Assembly: GCF_030144855.1 (NCBI RefSeq)
Contig: NC_082729.1
Coordinates: 17,360,001-17,424,000 of the forward strand
Origin: Hypanus sabinus
Taxonomy: Eukaryota
Direction: 5' to 3'
Length of the DNA stretch: 64,000 bases
Part shown: positions 24,267 to 37,430 of the stretch, in pieces
Numbering within the stretch: the first letter of the stretch is position 1
How the letters are laid out: each line of letters opens with the position of its first letter
Translations under genes and position numbers: made by a program
Notes under the pieces: generated by a model
Told to the model about the DNA's origin: nothing
The model's input: only the letters and a program-made list of their open reading frames with translations
Databases searched by the model: none

Positions 24267-25697
24267 CTAACCCTCACTGTGAACTGACTGGTGTGCCTGT
24301 AGCTGAGATGCCCAAGTGAATCCCTTCCCACAGTCTGAGCAGGTGAATGGTTTCTTCCCAGTGTGAACCAACTGATGCTGCATTAGGGCAGATGATCGAG
24401 TGAATCCCTTTCCACAGACGGAGCAGGTAAATGGCCTCTCTCCAGTGTGAACTCGCTGATGTACCTTCAGATAAGATGACTGAGCGAATCCCTTCCCACA
24501 TTCTGAGCAGGTGAATGGCCTCTCCCCAGTGTGAACTAACTGGTGTGCCAGTAACTGAGATGAGCGAGTGAATCCCTTCCCACAGACTGAGCAGGTGAAT
24601 GGTTTCTTCCCAGAGTGAACTAACTGGTGTTGCTGTAGGGCAGATGACCGAGTGAATCCCTTCCCACAGATTGAGCAAGTGAATGGCCTCTCTCCAGTGT
24701 GTACTCGTTGATGTACCTTCAGTTCAGATGACCGAACAAATCTCTTCCCACAGTCTGAGCAAATAAATGGCCTCTCTCCAGTGTGAACTGACTGGTGTCT
24801 CTGTAGTTGAGAGAACTGAGCAAATCCCTTCCCACATACAGAACAGGTGAATGGCTTCTCTCCTGTGTGAACTCGCTGGTGTGCCAGGAGGTCAGAAGTC
24901 TGATTGAATCCCTTCCCACAGTCTGAGCAGGTGAACGGTTTCCCCTTAGTGTGAACTAACTGGTGTGTCATAAGCTGAGATGACCGAGTGAATCCCTTCC
25001 CACAGTCTGTGCAGGTGAATGGCCTCTCCCCAGTGTGAACTCGCTGATGTATCTTCAGTTCAGATGCCCAAGAAAATCCCTTCCCACAGTCTGAGCAGGT
25101 GAATGGCCACTTCTTGGTGTGAACTGACTGGTGTCTCTGCAGGTCAGATGACCGAGTGAATCCCTTCCCACAATCTGAGCAAGTGAATGGCCTTTCCCCA
25201 CTGTGAACTAACTGGTGTGTCAACAGGTGAGATGACCGAGTGAAGCCCTTCCCACAATCGAAGCAGGTGAATGGTTTCTTCCCAGTGTGAATTGATTGGT
25301 GTGCCAGCAGGTCAGATGATCGAGTGAATCCCTTCCCACAGTCTGAGCAGGTGAATGGCCTCTCCCCAGTGTGAACTCGCTGATGTAGCTTCAGTTCAGA
25401 TGGCCAGGTGAATCCCTTCCCACAGTCTGAGCAAATCAACGGCCTCTCCCCAGTGTGAACTGACTGGTGTCTCTGTAGGTTGCTTAACCGAGTGAATCTA
25501 TTCCCACACACAGAACAGGTGAATGGTCTCTCTCCCATGTGAACTCGCTTGTGTGACTGCAGGTGGGTTGGCTGAGTGAATCCCTTTCCACATTCGGAGC
25601 AGGTCAGTGGCCTCTGCCCAGTGTGAACCCGCTGATGTACTTTCAGATGAGATGACTGAATGAATTCCTTCCCACAATCTGAGCAGGCATATGACAT
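24267..25697 (-). CDS. C2H2 zinc-finger array protein (17 intact fingers, 476 aa)
   Basis: Uninterrupted tandem fingers, flanked by degenerate fingers upstream (25700-26300) and downstream (24010-24266). Acceptor at 26557; AATAAA at 23798-23803 on the minus strand. Confidence 0.9.
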   Translation of the reverse strand: MSYACSDCGKEFIQSSHLKVHQRVHTGQRPLTCSECGKGFTQPTHLQSHKRVHMGERPFTCSVCGNRFTRLSNLQRHQSVHTGERPLICSDCGKGFTWPSELKLHQRVHTGERPFTCSDCGKGFTRSSDLLAHQSIHTGKKPFTCFDCGKGFTRSSHLLTHQLVHSGERPFTCSDCGKGFTRSSDLQRHQSVHTKKWPFTCSDCGKGFSWASELKIHQRVHTGERPFTCTDCGKGFTRSSQLMTHQLVHTKGKPFTCSDCGKGFNQTSDLLAHQRVHTGEKPFTCSVCGKGFAQFSQLQRHQSVHTGERPFICSDCGKRFVRSSELKVHQRVHTGERPFTCSICGKGFTRSSALQQHQLVHSGKKPFTCSVCGKGFTRSSQLLAHQLVHTGERPFTCSECGKGFAQSSYLKVHQRVHTGERPFTCSVCGKGFTRSSALMQHQLVHTGKKPFTCSDCGKGFTWASQLQAHQSVHSEG

Positions 25698-26934
25698 CTC
25701 GTCCGTGTGAGTTGACTATTGTGCCAATTGCTGAGATGACTGACTGAATCTGTTCCCACAGTCTGAGCAGGTGAACAGCCTCTCTCCTGTGTGAATTCAC
25801 TGATGTAGCTTCAATTGAGATGACTGAGTGGATCTTTTCCCATAGATGAAAGACCTCTCTGCAGAGTTCACAGACTGGTGCACCAGTTGTCAAGAAGATT
25901 GGGTGAATCTCGTCTCACAGTTTGAGCAGATGAATGGCCCGTCCCCAGTGTAAATTCATTGGTATCTCTTTAGGTGGGATGTGAGTGAATCCCCTCCCAC
26001 ATTCAGAGCTGACGTACAGCCACTCCTGCGTGTGAACTCACTTGTGTGTCAGCAGATCTGATGATGAAGTCAATCTCTTCCCACACATGGAACAGTTCTG
26101 CAGTCTCTCTCCGTTCTGAACTCACTGGTCTGCTTGTGGTGGATTGAGTAAGTGAATCTCTTCCAAGATACGTAACACAGTCCTCTCTGTAAGAATTTCT
26201 GATAAATATTTAACCTGGATGATGTTGAAATGCTTCCTGCTGCCAGCAATGTAGTGAATCCCTCACACAGTCATTACAGTTGAAGAACTGATCTCTCGTG
26301 AACAAATACTGGTGTGTTCTCAGCACCCCGGTTCGAGTGGTTTTTACTGGGTTTCAACAGAAAACCTCCTTTCAGATACAAAGCACGTTCCAGTTGGGAT
26401 GAAATACTTCTTTATCTCCAAAGAATCAACAATAGATATATTGGTGTTACAAAGGAAATGTCTGATCACTCCTTAAATATCTGGATAAGGACAGCAAACA
26501 CCGATGTGTTTGTAGTGTTTCAGATTCCTGTACACAAATTACTTGCAGTTTCTACCCTGTAAAAAGATTTACAAAAGACATCAATAGATAAAGGACAGCA
26601 CTTCAGATGAAATAATTGTAGACTCTATTGTGAACTCTGACATCACACTGTCACAGCGAGGTGCAACACAAGTTGTAGGAACAACTCATCTTCTAACTGG
26701 CTGAAGATCAGGCATCCAGACCAACCATCAAATTCTCTGTGTTCCTGTCTGCATCAGAATAGCCCATTTATGCCCATCTGTAATCTGTGAAGGCTCAGTG
26801 TGTCTTTCTCCATTAGTATAATTTCAAGTAATGGTCATGCCCCACAGTGCGATAAAGAGCACATGATATTACATCAACACGTACAAACAAACTGTATGAA
26901 CTCAGCAGGTCGGGCAGCATCCATTGAAATGAGC

Positions 26935-26972
26935 AGTCAACATTTCGGGCTGAGACCCTTCATCAGGACTGA
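26935..26972 (-). ncRNA. Penelope-type minimal hammerhead ribozyme motif (possibly decayed)
   Basis: Minus strand reads CAGTC-CTGATGA-AGGGTCTCAGCCC-GAAA-TGTT-GACTG: CUGAUGA and GAAA core boxes, stem II, and stem I CAGUC/GACUG. Confidence 0.55.
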
Positions 26973-27899
26973 AGAAGGAGGGGCAGGGGCTCTATAAAGA
27001 AGGTGGGGGGAGGGTGGAAGGTACCAGGTGAAAGATCAAGGGGAGGGGAAGCAGGGAGAGGGCAAGCAAGAGAAGTGAAGAAGGAATGTAAGGGGAAAGC
27101 ACTATGGGTAGTAGAAGGCAGAATCATGAGAGAGGTGATAGGCAGCTAACTTCACTCCTTCTTCACCTCTCCTGCCTATCCCCTCCCTACTTCCCTCTGA
27201 TTGTTTTTTCACCTGGCACCTTCTACCCTCCCCCCCACCTTCTTTATAGGGCCCCTGCCCCCTCCTTCTTCAGTCCTGACAAAGGGTCTCAGCCCAAAAC
27301 ATTGACTGCTCATTTCAACGGATGCTGCCCAACCTGCTGAGTTCATCCAGCTTTTGTACGTGTTGATTGGACCACAGCATCTGCAGTGTACTTTATGTTT
27401 ATGATATTACACAACTGATCCTGGAGACTTTCTAATTACTCTGAACCTTCCATCACACCCACCCCCCAGCACAGGGAATGATAGTGGTGAACTCATCAAT
27501 GGCCTCATCGACAGTAATGCCAATGAATATGAAGGGGAGGGCAGCAGGATTTCTCATTGGAATGTGGCACTTAGTGATGTAAAAGTTGCAGGTCACTTGT
27601 TGCCCAAGACAAAGGTGTTTGATATCATTATGTACCCAGAGAGAATAGTACAAAATAGTACATAACGTCCAAACCACGGGGAGATAGAACAAAAGTGATT
27701 GATTTTGTTCCTTTTTCATGTAGCACTGACACAGATATTTTCCTTAACTGGAGATAGACTATTCAATTCAGATTAACTCCGAACTATATTTTTCTTCCAA
27801 GTTCCTAATTTTGGATTTAGGCAGCTGGGACCTGGCGGTGTCTGAGAGATCCATCCGATCCCATTTCCCCTGCCTGTACTTCCAAACACGCCAGAGGAC

Positions 27900-28290
27900 A
27901 AAAGTGGAAGTGTCACCAATGGTCGCCACAATACCCAGAATTCCCCACGAACGGGAACCCTGTCTCTTCACCACGGTCTCAGCGACACGCATGCGCCAGA
28001 AATGGGCGCCAGTACCTTCACTAATCAGCAGAAAACTCCCCGGAGCCCGGATACAAATCGTGGGACTAAGAGAGGAAAATGACCGATACTGTCCCGGGAT
28101 GTGGGGCCACGGCATGTCCGGAGTTCGCGGCAATTATCCTGAAGTTCCTGTGCGACCGCCAGGGCCCACTCCGACTTGCTGCTGATCTTCCGGATCCTTT
28201 TGTCCACTAAGCGCATGCGCAATTTAGAAAACGACTGTGCCCTTTACGCCTGCGCATTAGATCGTTGTCTCACCGAGGAATGCTGAAGCG
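27900..28290 (-). promoter_or_regulatory. CpG-rich promoter and first exon of ZNF gene 2
   Basis: NRF1-type GCGCATGCGC (~28211-28220) plus two further NRF1-like sites, an ETS CCGGAAG (~28186-28192), and sequence paralogous to 5740-5810. Confidence 0.65.
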
Positions 28291-28429
28291 TCAAGATTTA
28301 AAGCTTCAAAAGTTCATTTTTATCAAAGTATGTCTGCAGTATACAACTTTGAGATTCTTCTCCAGATAGCCCCAAAACAAAGAAAACCATGGAAGTTAGT
28401 TCAAAGAGAAAGAGCCTAACAGCACAAAA

Positions 28430-29915
28430 TATTTTGCCTGAAAGATCTGTTAGAATTATTCGAGGAAGTGATAAGCAGGGTGGACAAAGGAGAGGCGGTG
28501 GATGTCATTGACTTGGATTTTCAGAAGGCATTTGATAACGTGCCACATATGAGGTTGCTTAACAAGGTAAAAATCTATGGGGTTACAGGAAAGATGCTGC
28601 ATGGATAGAGGAATGGCTGACAGGCAGGAGGCCGCGAGTGGGAATAAAAGGGGCCTTTTCTGGTGCTGCCAGTGAGTAGCGGTGTTATTCAGGGATCAGT
28701 ATTGGAGCCGCTACGTTTCACCTCGTTTGTCAGTGATTTAGATAATGAATTATGGTTTTGTGGCAAAGTTTGAGGATGTTACAAAGATAGGTGGAGGCGT
28801 AGGTGGTGCTGAGGAAGTATTGCGATTGTAACAGGAGTTAGACAAATTGGAAGAATGGGCAAAAATGTGCAGGTGGAATACAGTGTTGGGAAATGTATCA
28901 TAATGTATTTTGGTAAACGGAACAATAGTGCAGACTATTACATAAATGTGGAAAAAAAATCAAACATCAGAGGTGCAAAGGAACTTTGGAGTCCTTGTGC
29001 AAGATCCCCAGAAGGTTAATTCACAGGATGAGTCTATAGAAAAGAAGGCAGATGCAATGTTGGCATTTATTTCAAGAGGAATAGAATATAAGTACAAGTA
29101 GGTAATGCTGAAGCTTTATAACACACTGATGAGGCCTCACTTGGAGTACTGTCAACAGTTTTGAGCCCCTTATCTCAGAAAGGACCTGTCATTGGAGAGA
29201 ATCCAGAGGAGATTCACAAGGATGATTCTGGGAATGAAGGGGTTAACACGTGAGGAATATTTGGCAACTTTGGGCTTTTATTCACTGGAATTTAGAAAAA
29301 TGCATAGGATCTCATTGATACCTACCAAATGTTGAAAGGACTAAATAAGACGGCTGTAGACAGGATGTTCCCTCTGATGGGAGTATCCAGAACTAGGGGG
29401 CACAGCCTCAGATTTGAGGGTGACCTTTTAGAACAGAAGTAAAGAGGAATATTTTTAAGCAAAGAGTGGTGAATCTGTGGAATGCTCTAGAATGGACATT
29501 GTCAATGGACACTACCTCACTTTTTAATATACATTATTTCTGTTTTTTGGCATGATTTTAATCTATTCAATATATGTAATACTGTAATTTTTTTTATTTA
29601 TTATTACTTGTTCTTTTTCTTCTATATTATGTATTGCATTGAACTGCTGGTGCTAAGTTAACACATTTTGTAACACACAGTGGTGATCATAAACCTGATT
29701 CTGATTCTGAGACTGTGCTGGAGGCAAAGTCTGTGAGTGTGTTTAAAGTGGAAGGTGATCGATTCCTAATTGGTTGGGCATCAAGGGATATGGTGAGAGG
29801 GCAGGTGTATGGGGTTGAATGCAATCAGGGATCAGCTGTGATGAAATGGTGGAGCAGACCCAATGGGCTGAATGGCCTAATTCTGTTCCTATGTCTTAAT
29901 GGTTTCATGGTTTAC
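28430..29915 (+). mobile_element. CR1 LINE RT 3' portion, decayed, with nested insert
   Basis: DFQKAFD-, QGSVLEPL- and LMRPHLEY-like coding relics followed by a CR1 3' tail. Confidence 0.85.
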
Positions 29916-31499
29916 TAAAGTACTGCGACATGAGCGTCAACCCCCTCCCCACCCCCGCACAAAAGGCAACAAGGACATCGCCCCCCAAGCCCCCCTCCCC
30001 CATACACAACGTAACAACCATATCAACTTCTATCTACCACTCCCTTGTACAAAGAACATTGACCCCCAACCTTCCCCCCACACAAAAACCAACAAGAAAG
30101 AACAACACACAATATGAAAACCATAAAACTGAAAAAGTCCATAGTCCGTGGTCTAAATCCATAACGCAGAACCTCAGTAACATCATTGAAAGTGGGAGAC
30201 ACTGCTCGATTGTAGAGGCCTGGCCCCTGGGCTCCTTCTCCAGTAGCAGAGAGATCCCATCAGAGATCAAAAGGCAGGTAGTTGGCAGTGCACCTTTGCT
30301 CACTTTGCGCATTTGCCTCAATGTTGCAATCTTACTTGATAATGGAAGCTTTAATCGGTGAAGTGGAGTCGAACATTGACTTGCGCCATCTTATAGTTTC
30401 AATGCCTCAAGGCTCGTGCTTGCTTCCCAGACAGCAAAACACTGGATCACTCAGCCAATCTCCAAACTGTAAATCACAGTCTTCAACAGTTCCAGAAACA
30501 CAAATGTAAAAAAGTGAAATAAATAGTTTAATGGTCTATCCAGAAGATGTTGACCAAGGTAGCATTGTAAGCACGTCTCATCATGATATAGGAAGGCATA
30601 TCTGGGTAAGTAAGGTGTCATTAAAAGTGTTTGCAAGCACTGGTTCCGCACCGCATCCTTCAGCGTTTCTCAGCAGCTACCTTAACACAGAAAGTTCTGA
30701 TAAACAATATCAACAGGCGTTCCAGATGTGAAATGCTGATATCCAATCCACTTACAACTGGTTTTATTACAGATGCTGGAAACGTAGAGCACCACACACA
30801 GAGTGCCAGAGAAGCGCAGCAGCTGAGTTAAGCAGAGGAATAAACGGTCAACAGATATGGTGATAGCTATCAGCCCAAATCATCGACCGTTTATCCCTCT
30901 CCGTAGATGCTGCCTGATGCTCTGAGTTTCTCCATCATTTTGCAGAATAAACCACATGCTTTTCAGTCAATCTGTTTCCAAATATTCCTGATATTTTATT
31001 TGTAGCCATGTCCTCTAGTATGATTCCTTCCTCCTCTTCCCCATAAACTCGAGCCTCCAATTCTTTCTGGAGCCCAAAAGCCCTGACACATCTGGCTCCT
31101 CTTCGGTTTATGAACCTGCTCTAGTGAAGATTTACCTATCACTCTGCTCTCATACTTCTGAGTTGTGAATTTGAATAGCCTAGCTTTGCGAGGCACAACC
31201 TTTGAAATCTGTGGAAATGACCCAAAATGTGGGAAAGGTTGGCGAAGAACCAACCATGATATTCTTCCTTAGCCCAGAGCCCTGAGAAACAAGGAATATT
31301 TTGGGACCAATCCACAGTGAGCTCATCTTTCTTGGTCTGTTTGCAGTAAGTCATCAAGGAAATTCAAAGAAACCTCTTCACCCACAGTTGCAACCTGTCA
31401 TCACAAGGAGATCAAGGGGTCAACAGCAGGGATGGGTTTAAAAGCACTAATATAGAAGAAAACACAAGCAAGGGCCAGCTGGACTGAGTGGCCTCTTTA

Positions 31500-32290
31500 A
31501 TGTACCCCGGGTGCAAGCGCCTGAGACACAGGGTTTGAAATAGAACTTACTTGCATAGATCCGTACTATTAATCAGCAGTTTAATTTCAGGCTAACATCA
31601 GCAGAACAGACTCCCCAATGCTTAGACCTGGGTGTGATGAACAGCTGCAACAACCACAGAATCTAACCTTAATAATTGGTCGGGAACTTGCAATTGGATG
31701 CCATTACTGTGATGGTTAAAATTTTAACATAAAGCTTATTCGAACTTCCTCCCTGATGTGAAGTTGCTGGTGTTTCAGCAGGTGGGATGATTGAATAAAT
31801 GTATTTGCATACTCAGGACGAAAGTGTGGCGTCTACTTACTATGAGCTCTTTGAAGCCTCGCATGCTAGAATAACTGAATGAAACCCTTCCCACAGTCAG
31901 AACAGGTGTGCAGCAACTCCCCTGTGTGAATTCTGGTGTTTCTGCAGATTGAACGTTTGGATGAATTCCTTCCCACACTCGGAGGTGGTGAATGGCCTCT
32001 CCCCGGTGTGAATTTGCTGATGTGTCTGTAGGTGCAGTGGCCTACCGAGTCTCCTCTAAAATGAGAACCAGTGAATTACATCTCACTGCTATCAGATCTT
32101 TGGCCATTCAGCAAGTCAGATCACGGATGTGTCCACATATTCCTGTTCTTGCTACGATTGATGTGTTGTCTTCTCAGGAATCTCCTTTACATATAAGGAT
32201 CAGCGGCATTCATGTGCCGTTGAACTGACAGGCACAGCAGGACTGACGTGCTGCTGTGTTTGAGATTCCCATAAACAAAATCCTTTGCTC
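31500..32290 (-). pseudogene. C2H2 ZNF pseudogene
   Basis: [20 protein letters not shown] and CSDCGKGF fragments with frameshifts. The family 5' exon leader and 3'UTR are recognisable, but the poly(A) signal is lost. Confidence 0.8.
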
Positions 32291-33530
32291 TCTGTTGTGC
32301 TTTTAATCTGTCTTTGAATTCTCTCATCAGTCATTGTCTTCCCTTTAGAATACTTCATCTTTGGGATCTATTTGTCCTGCAATACCCAAATTACACCTGG
32401 AAACACCAGCCATTTGCTGTTCTGTTGTCATTCCAGCAAGTGTCCCCTTCCAGTCAACTTTGTCCAGCTCCTCTCTCATGTCTCTGTAATTCCCTTCACT
32501 CCACTGTAATAATGATACATCTGATTTTAGCTTCTCTCTCACAAACTGCAGGGTAAATTCTAGAATATTACAATCTCTGCTTTTTAAGGGTACCTTTACC
32601 TGAAGCTCCCTAATCCGATCTGTTTCATTACAAACCCCCAATCCAGAATTGCCTTTCCCTGAGCTGCTCTAATAAGACATTGTGTAGGCGTTCTGCAAAT
32701 TCCCTTTTTGGGGGTCCAGCACCATCTTGATTTTCCCAATCTACCAGCATATTGGACATGAATATCCTATGTGGCTTCTGCAAGATTGCCCTTTCTAAAT
32801 AGCTACAATTCCATTGTAATTTTTACCCCACGTTCTGGGGTGACCCTTGTAGTTCTTCACTCTCCCCACAAGAATTCTACAACTTCTGATCACGTATCAC
32901 CTCTTGCTAAGGATTTCACCTTTACGAACAGAACCAACCTACCCGTCTGCCTACTTGCCTCTCCTTTTGATACAATGTTTATTTATCCTTGGATGTTAAA
33001 CTCCCGACAATAATCTTCTTTCAGCCATGACTCAGTAATGCTCACAGTCATAACTGCCAATTTCTAATTGCACACAAGATAATCTAACTTATTCCGTAAA
33101 TTGAGGGCATTCGAACATAACACCTTCAGTTCTGTATTCATCACTCTTTTCAGGTTTGCACTTATGTAACACTTCCACCCATCCCACTGACTCCAGATTT
33201 ATCCAATTAACTTTCTGTTCTTTCTCACGGGCCCACTACACCTTGTCTACTTATATAAAAACTGCACCATCTTCAACTGTGTCACTCCGGTTCCCATTCC
33301 CTTGCCAATTAGTTTAAATCCTCCCCAAGAGCTCCAGCAAAGTTGCCTGCAAAGATATTGGTCTCCAGCAAATTCAAGTGTAACCAATCCATTTATGCAG
33401 GACAGACCTTCCCCATAAGAGATCCCAATGGTTCAAAAATCCAAAAACCCGTCTGGTGCACTAATTCTTCAGCATGCATTTATCCATCAAATCATCCTAC
33501 ACTTATCCTCACTGGCATCCAGGGACAGCT
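32290..33530 (-). mobile_element. CR1 LINE 5'/endonuclease-region fragment
   Basis: Minus ORF 32345-32641 reads IRELQVKVPL...LEFTLQF...GNYRDMREELDKVDWK. Confidence 0.75.
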
Positions 33531-34752
33531 TGAAGGGCCGAGTGGCATATTCCTGTTTTTCAGCCTCCTCTAAATGAAGAAGAGGGTTTGGAGAGATTGA
33601 TGGGCAGAATGGCCTATCCTGAGGAAAGGATTAGGCTGGCTGTGGAGGTAATTAAATGTGAGACGCCCACCCCTGGATTTCCTGAACCACCCTGCACCCT
33701 GGATTTGCTAAGGAAGGCAAATGAAATGTTAGCATTCATTTCAAGTGGACCAGAATAAAAAGCAAGGATGCATTGCTGAGGCTTTCTAAGACATTGCACT
33801 TTATAAGATTGCACTTCGAGCAACATGAGCTGTTTGGCCCCTTGCCCAAGAAAAGATGTGTTGGCATTGGAGAGCGACCAGAAGAGGTTTACAAGAATAA
33901 TTCTGGGAATGAAAAGGTTAAATTATGAGGAGCTTTTGTTGGTTGGGAGTCTGTACTCGCTGAATTTTAGAATAATAATGGGGGGAGCTTATTGAAATCT
34001 GTCGAATATTGATAACTGAGGTAGAGTGAATCTGGAGAGAATGATTCCTATAATGGAGGAGTCCAGGAGCAGAGGGCACAGCCTCAGAATAGAGGGACAT
34101 CTATTAGAAAAAAGATGAGGAGCAAATTCTTCAGTCAGATGATGGTGAATCTGTGAATCTCCCATAATGTCAATATGACCAAGGAACTAATTGTAGACTG
34201 CAGGTGATGGATACCCGGGGTCCATCAGCCAGTAATCATTGGAAGATCGGAGGTGGAGAGGGTCAGTTACTTTAAATTCCTGGGTGTCACTATCTCAGAA
34301 GACCTGACCTGGATCCATTATATAAATATTATTGTGAAGTTAGCACAGCAGTGCCTCCACTTCCTTAGGAGTCTGCGGAGGTTGGGCATGTAATCAAAAA
34401 CTTGGGCAAACTTCTACAGATGTCTGGTGGAAAGTGTGTTGACTGGCTGCATTACAGTTTGATTTGTGAACACTAATGCCTTTGAGTGGAAAATCCTACA
34501 AAAGTTTGCGGGTTCACCCCAGCTCCGCCAGCCACTGAGCACATCTACATGAAATGTTGCTGTAGAATAGCAGAGTTTATCATCAGATCCTCACCACTAG
34601 GCCATGCTCTTTCCTCACTACCGCCATCAGGTAGAAGGTACAAGTGGCTCAGGACCACCAGGTTCAAGAACAGTTACTGCCCCTAAACCATCAGGCTCCG
34701 AAACAAAAGAGGATAGCTACACCCATTTAAGGGCTCTATTATATTGTAATTT

Positions 34753-35375
34753 CATAGAAACATAGAATATAGGTGCAGGTGTAGGCCATTCGGCCCTTTG
34801 AGCCTGCACCACCATTCAGTATGATCATGGCTGATCTTCAAACTCAGAACCCTGTACCTGCTTTCTCTCCATACCCCCTGATCCCTTTAGCCCCAAGGGC
34901 CATATCTAACTTCCTCTTAAATATAGCTAATGAACCGGCCTCAAATGTTTCCTGTGGCAGAGAATTCCACAGATTCACCACTCTCGGTGTGAAGAAGTTT
35001 TTCCTCATCTCGGTCCTAAAAGGCTTCCCCTTTATCCTTAAACTGTGACCCCTCGTTCTGGACTTCCCCAACATCGGAAACAATCTTCCTGCATCTAGCC
35101 TGTCCAATCCCTTTAGAATTTTATACGTTTTAATAAGATCCCCCTTCAATCTTCTAAATTCCAGTGAGTATAAGCCTAGTCAATCCAGTCTTTCTTCATA
35201 TGAAAGTCCTGCCATCCCAGGAATCAATCTGGTGAACCTTCTCTGTACTCCCTCTATGGCAATAATGTCTTTCCTCAGATTAGAGGACCAAAACTGCACA
35301 CAATATTCTAGGTGCGGTCTCACCAAGGCCTTGTACAACTGCAGTAGAACCTCCCTGCTCCTGTACTCAAATCCT
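34753..35375 (-). mobile_element. Well-preserved CR1 LINE 3' end
   Basis: KGDLIKTYKILKGLDR...RTRGHSLRIKG...RVVNLWNSLP followed by a short-repeat tail. Confidence 0.9.
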
Positions 35376-35878
35376 TGTTATATACCCTTGTTATTTATTC
35401 CTGTTTGTTTATATCTGCATTTGAATAGTTTGTTTACAGCTTACAGTTACTGTTTTATAGATTTGCTAAGTATGCCCTCAAAAAAAGAATCTCAGGGTTG
35501 TACGTGGTGACATGTATTTACTTTGATCATAAATTTTACTTTGATCTTTGGAATTCATTGCCACAGATGTTTGTGGAGGCCAAATCTTTGTATAGATTTA
35601 AAGCACATCTTGATAGGTTCTTGATTAGTCAGGGTATCAAGGGTTTTGAGGAGAAGGCAGGAGAATGGGGTTGAGAGGGATAAGCATGTTGCAATGGTAG
35701 AACAGACTCAATGGGCTGAATGTTCTGTATGTCTAAGACTCTCTGATAGTAATAAATTTCAAATATGGTGGAATTGGTAGACAGCTGGCTTATGATATGC
35801 TGGAGTGCGCGCGCATGCGCGCACACACAGACAAATCTTAACATTGTCAATTCAGTATGTGTCTATGCCGGTACCAAT

Positions 35879-36497
35879 GACAAAGGTATGAATTGAATGA
35901 ATTAATAAATGAATTGACAAGATAGGAAGAGTGTGTAATAATTACCACCCCCCGTCTGTATGTGACTGAGTGAGTTCCCTCCCTGGGTTTTGTACTTGTC
36001 ACAGTAAAGATGTCAGTTGAAATCAGCGTGTTTTTGCATGGACCGAATGCAGGAATACCTGGTGAGGGCCCCAGTAGGGAGCTCCTGCCCCACCCGGAAC
36101 AAGGCACTATTCCGCAAGCTTGGAAGTGGCCGGGAGAAGTACTCGACCTTATCTCCGATGTGGTGTACTGGGTGCGGTCGCGTGAGAGACGACAGGCAGT
36201 CGTGCTGTAGGGGGACCGGCTGGCACTGTTTCCAGCCGGTCTCCTTATAGCACGACTGTCTTTTGTCTCACTAGGTCGGCTACCATGGACCTAGCGAGGC
36301 TGAAGGAAAGCAGTGACACTGCAGTACCCTGCCTCTTGACTCATCAAATAGTGCCTCCAGTGGGTTGGTGGGAGGGGGGCTACAGACACCGACAGCGCCT
36401 CAGGTGGTGGCGTTGACCACCACCAGGACTTTTGGATTTTGTTGCTGACTCTGAGGTTACTGGGGACTCCATCAGGTGGGGGCAATGTGGCGCTCTG
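35879..36497. repeat. ~610-bp direct repeat, copy 1 (contains a 38-bp hairpin)
   Basis: Closely similar to 37431-38040. Confidence 0.9.
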
Positions 36498-37430
36498 CAG
36501 TGCAGAAGAGTTTATAATTTATTATTACAATGAGAGAAGCGTCCTTTACTTAAGATTAAACAAGATTGGGAGAAGGAACTCAATTTGATTTTTATATGGG
36601 AGGATTGGACGCGGATTCTAAAGCTGGTTAACTCTTCTTCGATCTGTGCTAGTCATTCACTGATTCAATTTAAAATTGTACATCATTACCATTTGACGAA
36701 GGAGAGACTTTCTAAAATATTTCCTAATGTTGACAAGTATTGTGATAGATGTAAAACTGAGATAGCTACACTGACACATATGTTCTAGTCATGTTCTATA
36801 TTAAAACAATTTTGGAAGTCAGTCTTTTCAACTATCTCTAAAGCACTCAGGATCAACTTACAACCTAATAAATTGACTGTGCTTTTTGGAATAATTCCTC
36901 AAAATATCCATGGTATTTCTGTGTCTGACCAACATGTTATTGTGTTTGTTACATTGATAGCTAGGAGGGCCATCTTGTTGAAATGGAAGGATATATCAGC
37001 TCCTACTTTGTCACAATGGTTCTCTCAAGTGATGCTGTGACTTAGCTTGGAGAAAATTAGAAGTCGAACCTTTGAACCTTTATTTGATTTTGAGAAGAGA
37101 TGGGGCTCATTTGCTCGTTATTATCATTTAAGTTAACTGATAAATTTCCTCCATGATCTAAGTGTGAATTTTTTTTTAATATATTTTTCTTTCTTGTTGG
37201 TGGTTTGATGTTTATTTTTAGAAGCTTTCTGTGTGACACATGGCTCCGGGGTTGTACCCCCAATGGGTTTCTTTTTTTTCTCACTTTTCTTGCTTAGTAG
37301 GGTTTTTTTTTATTCACAAAAATTTTCAATCTTTAATATAATTTCTTTTTTTTTTGAGGCATTGTAAGTGTTGTTACTTCGATGTACCTGTGTTATCTTT
37401 GAATAATAATAATAATAAAAAGATTGCAAA
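36498..37430 (+). mobile_element. 5'-truncated L1-clade LINE (ORF2 C-terminus, 3'UTR, A-rich tail)
   Basis: HSLIQFKIVH...CDRCKTEIATLTHMF*SC (CCHC region), T-rich 3'UTR, and an (AAT)n AAAAA tail. Confidence 0.85.

Noticed and set aside
35805-35828. NRF1-like palindrome GTGCGCGCGCATGCGCGCAC
   Set aside because: Embedded in a (CG)/(CA) microsatellite with no surrounding CpG island.
36455-36485. Hammerhead (CTGATGGAG on minus) or telomerase-RNA template (CTAACCC near 37913) in the duplicated element
   Set aside because: No stem II/GAAA box. The template-like word is absent from the other copy and no pseudoknot U-tracts are seen.
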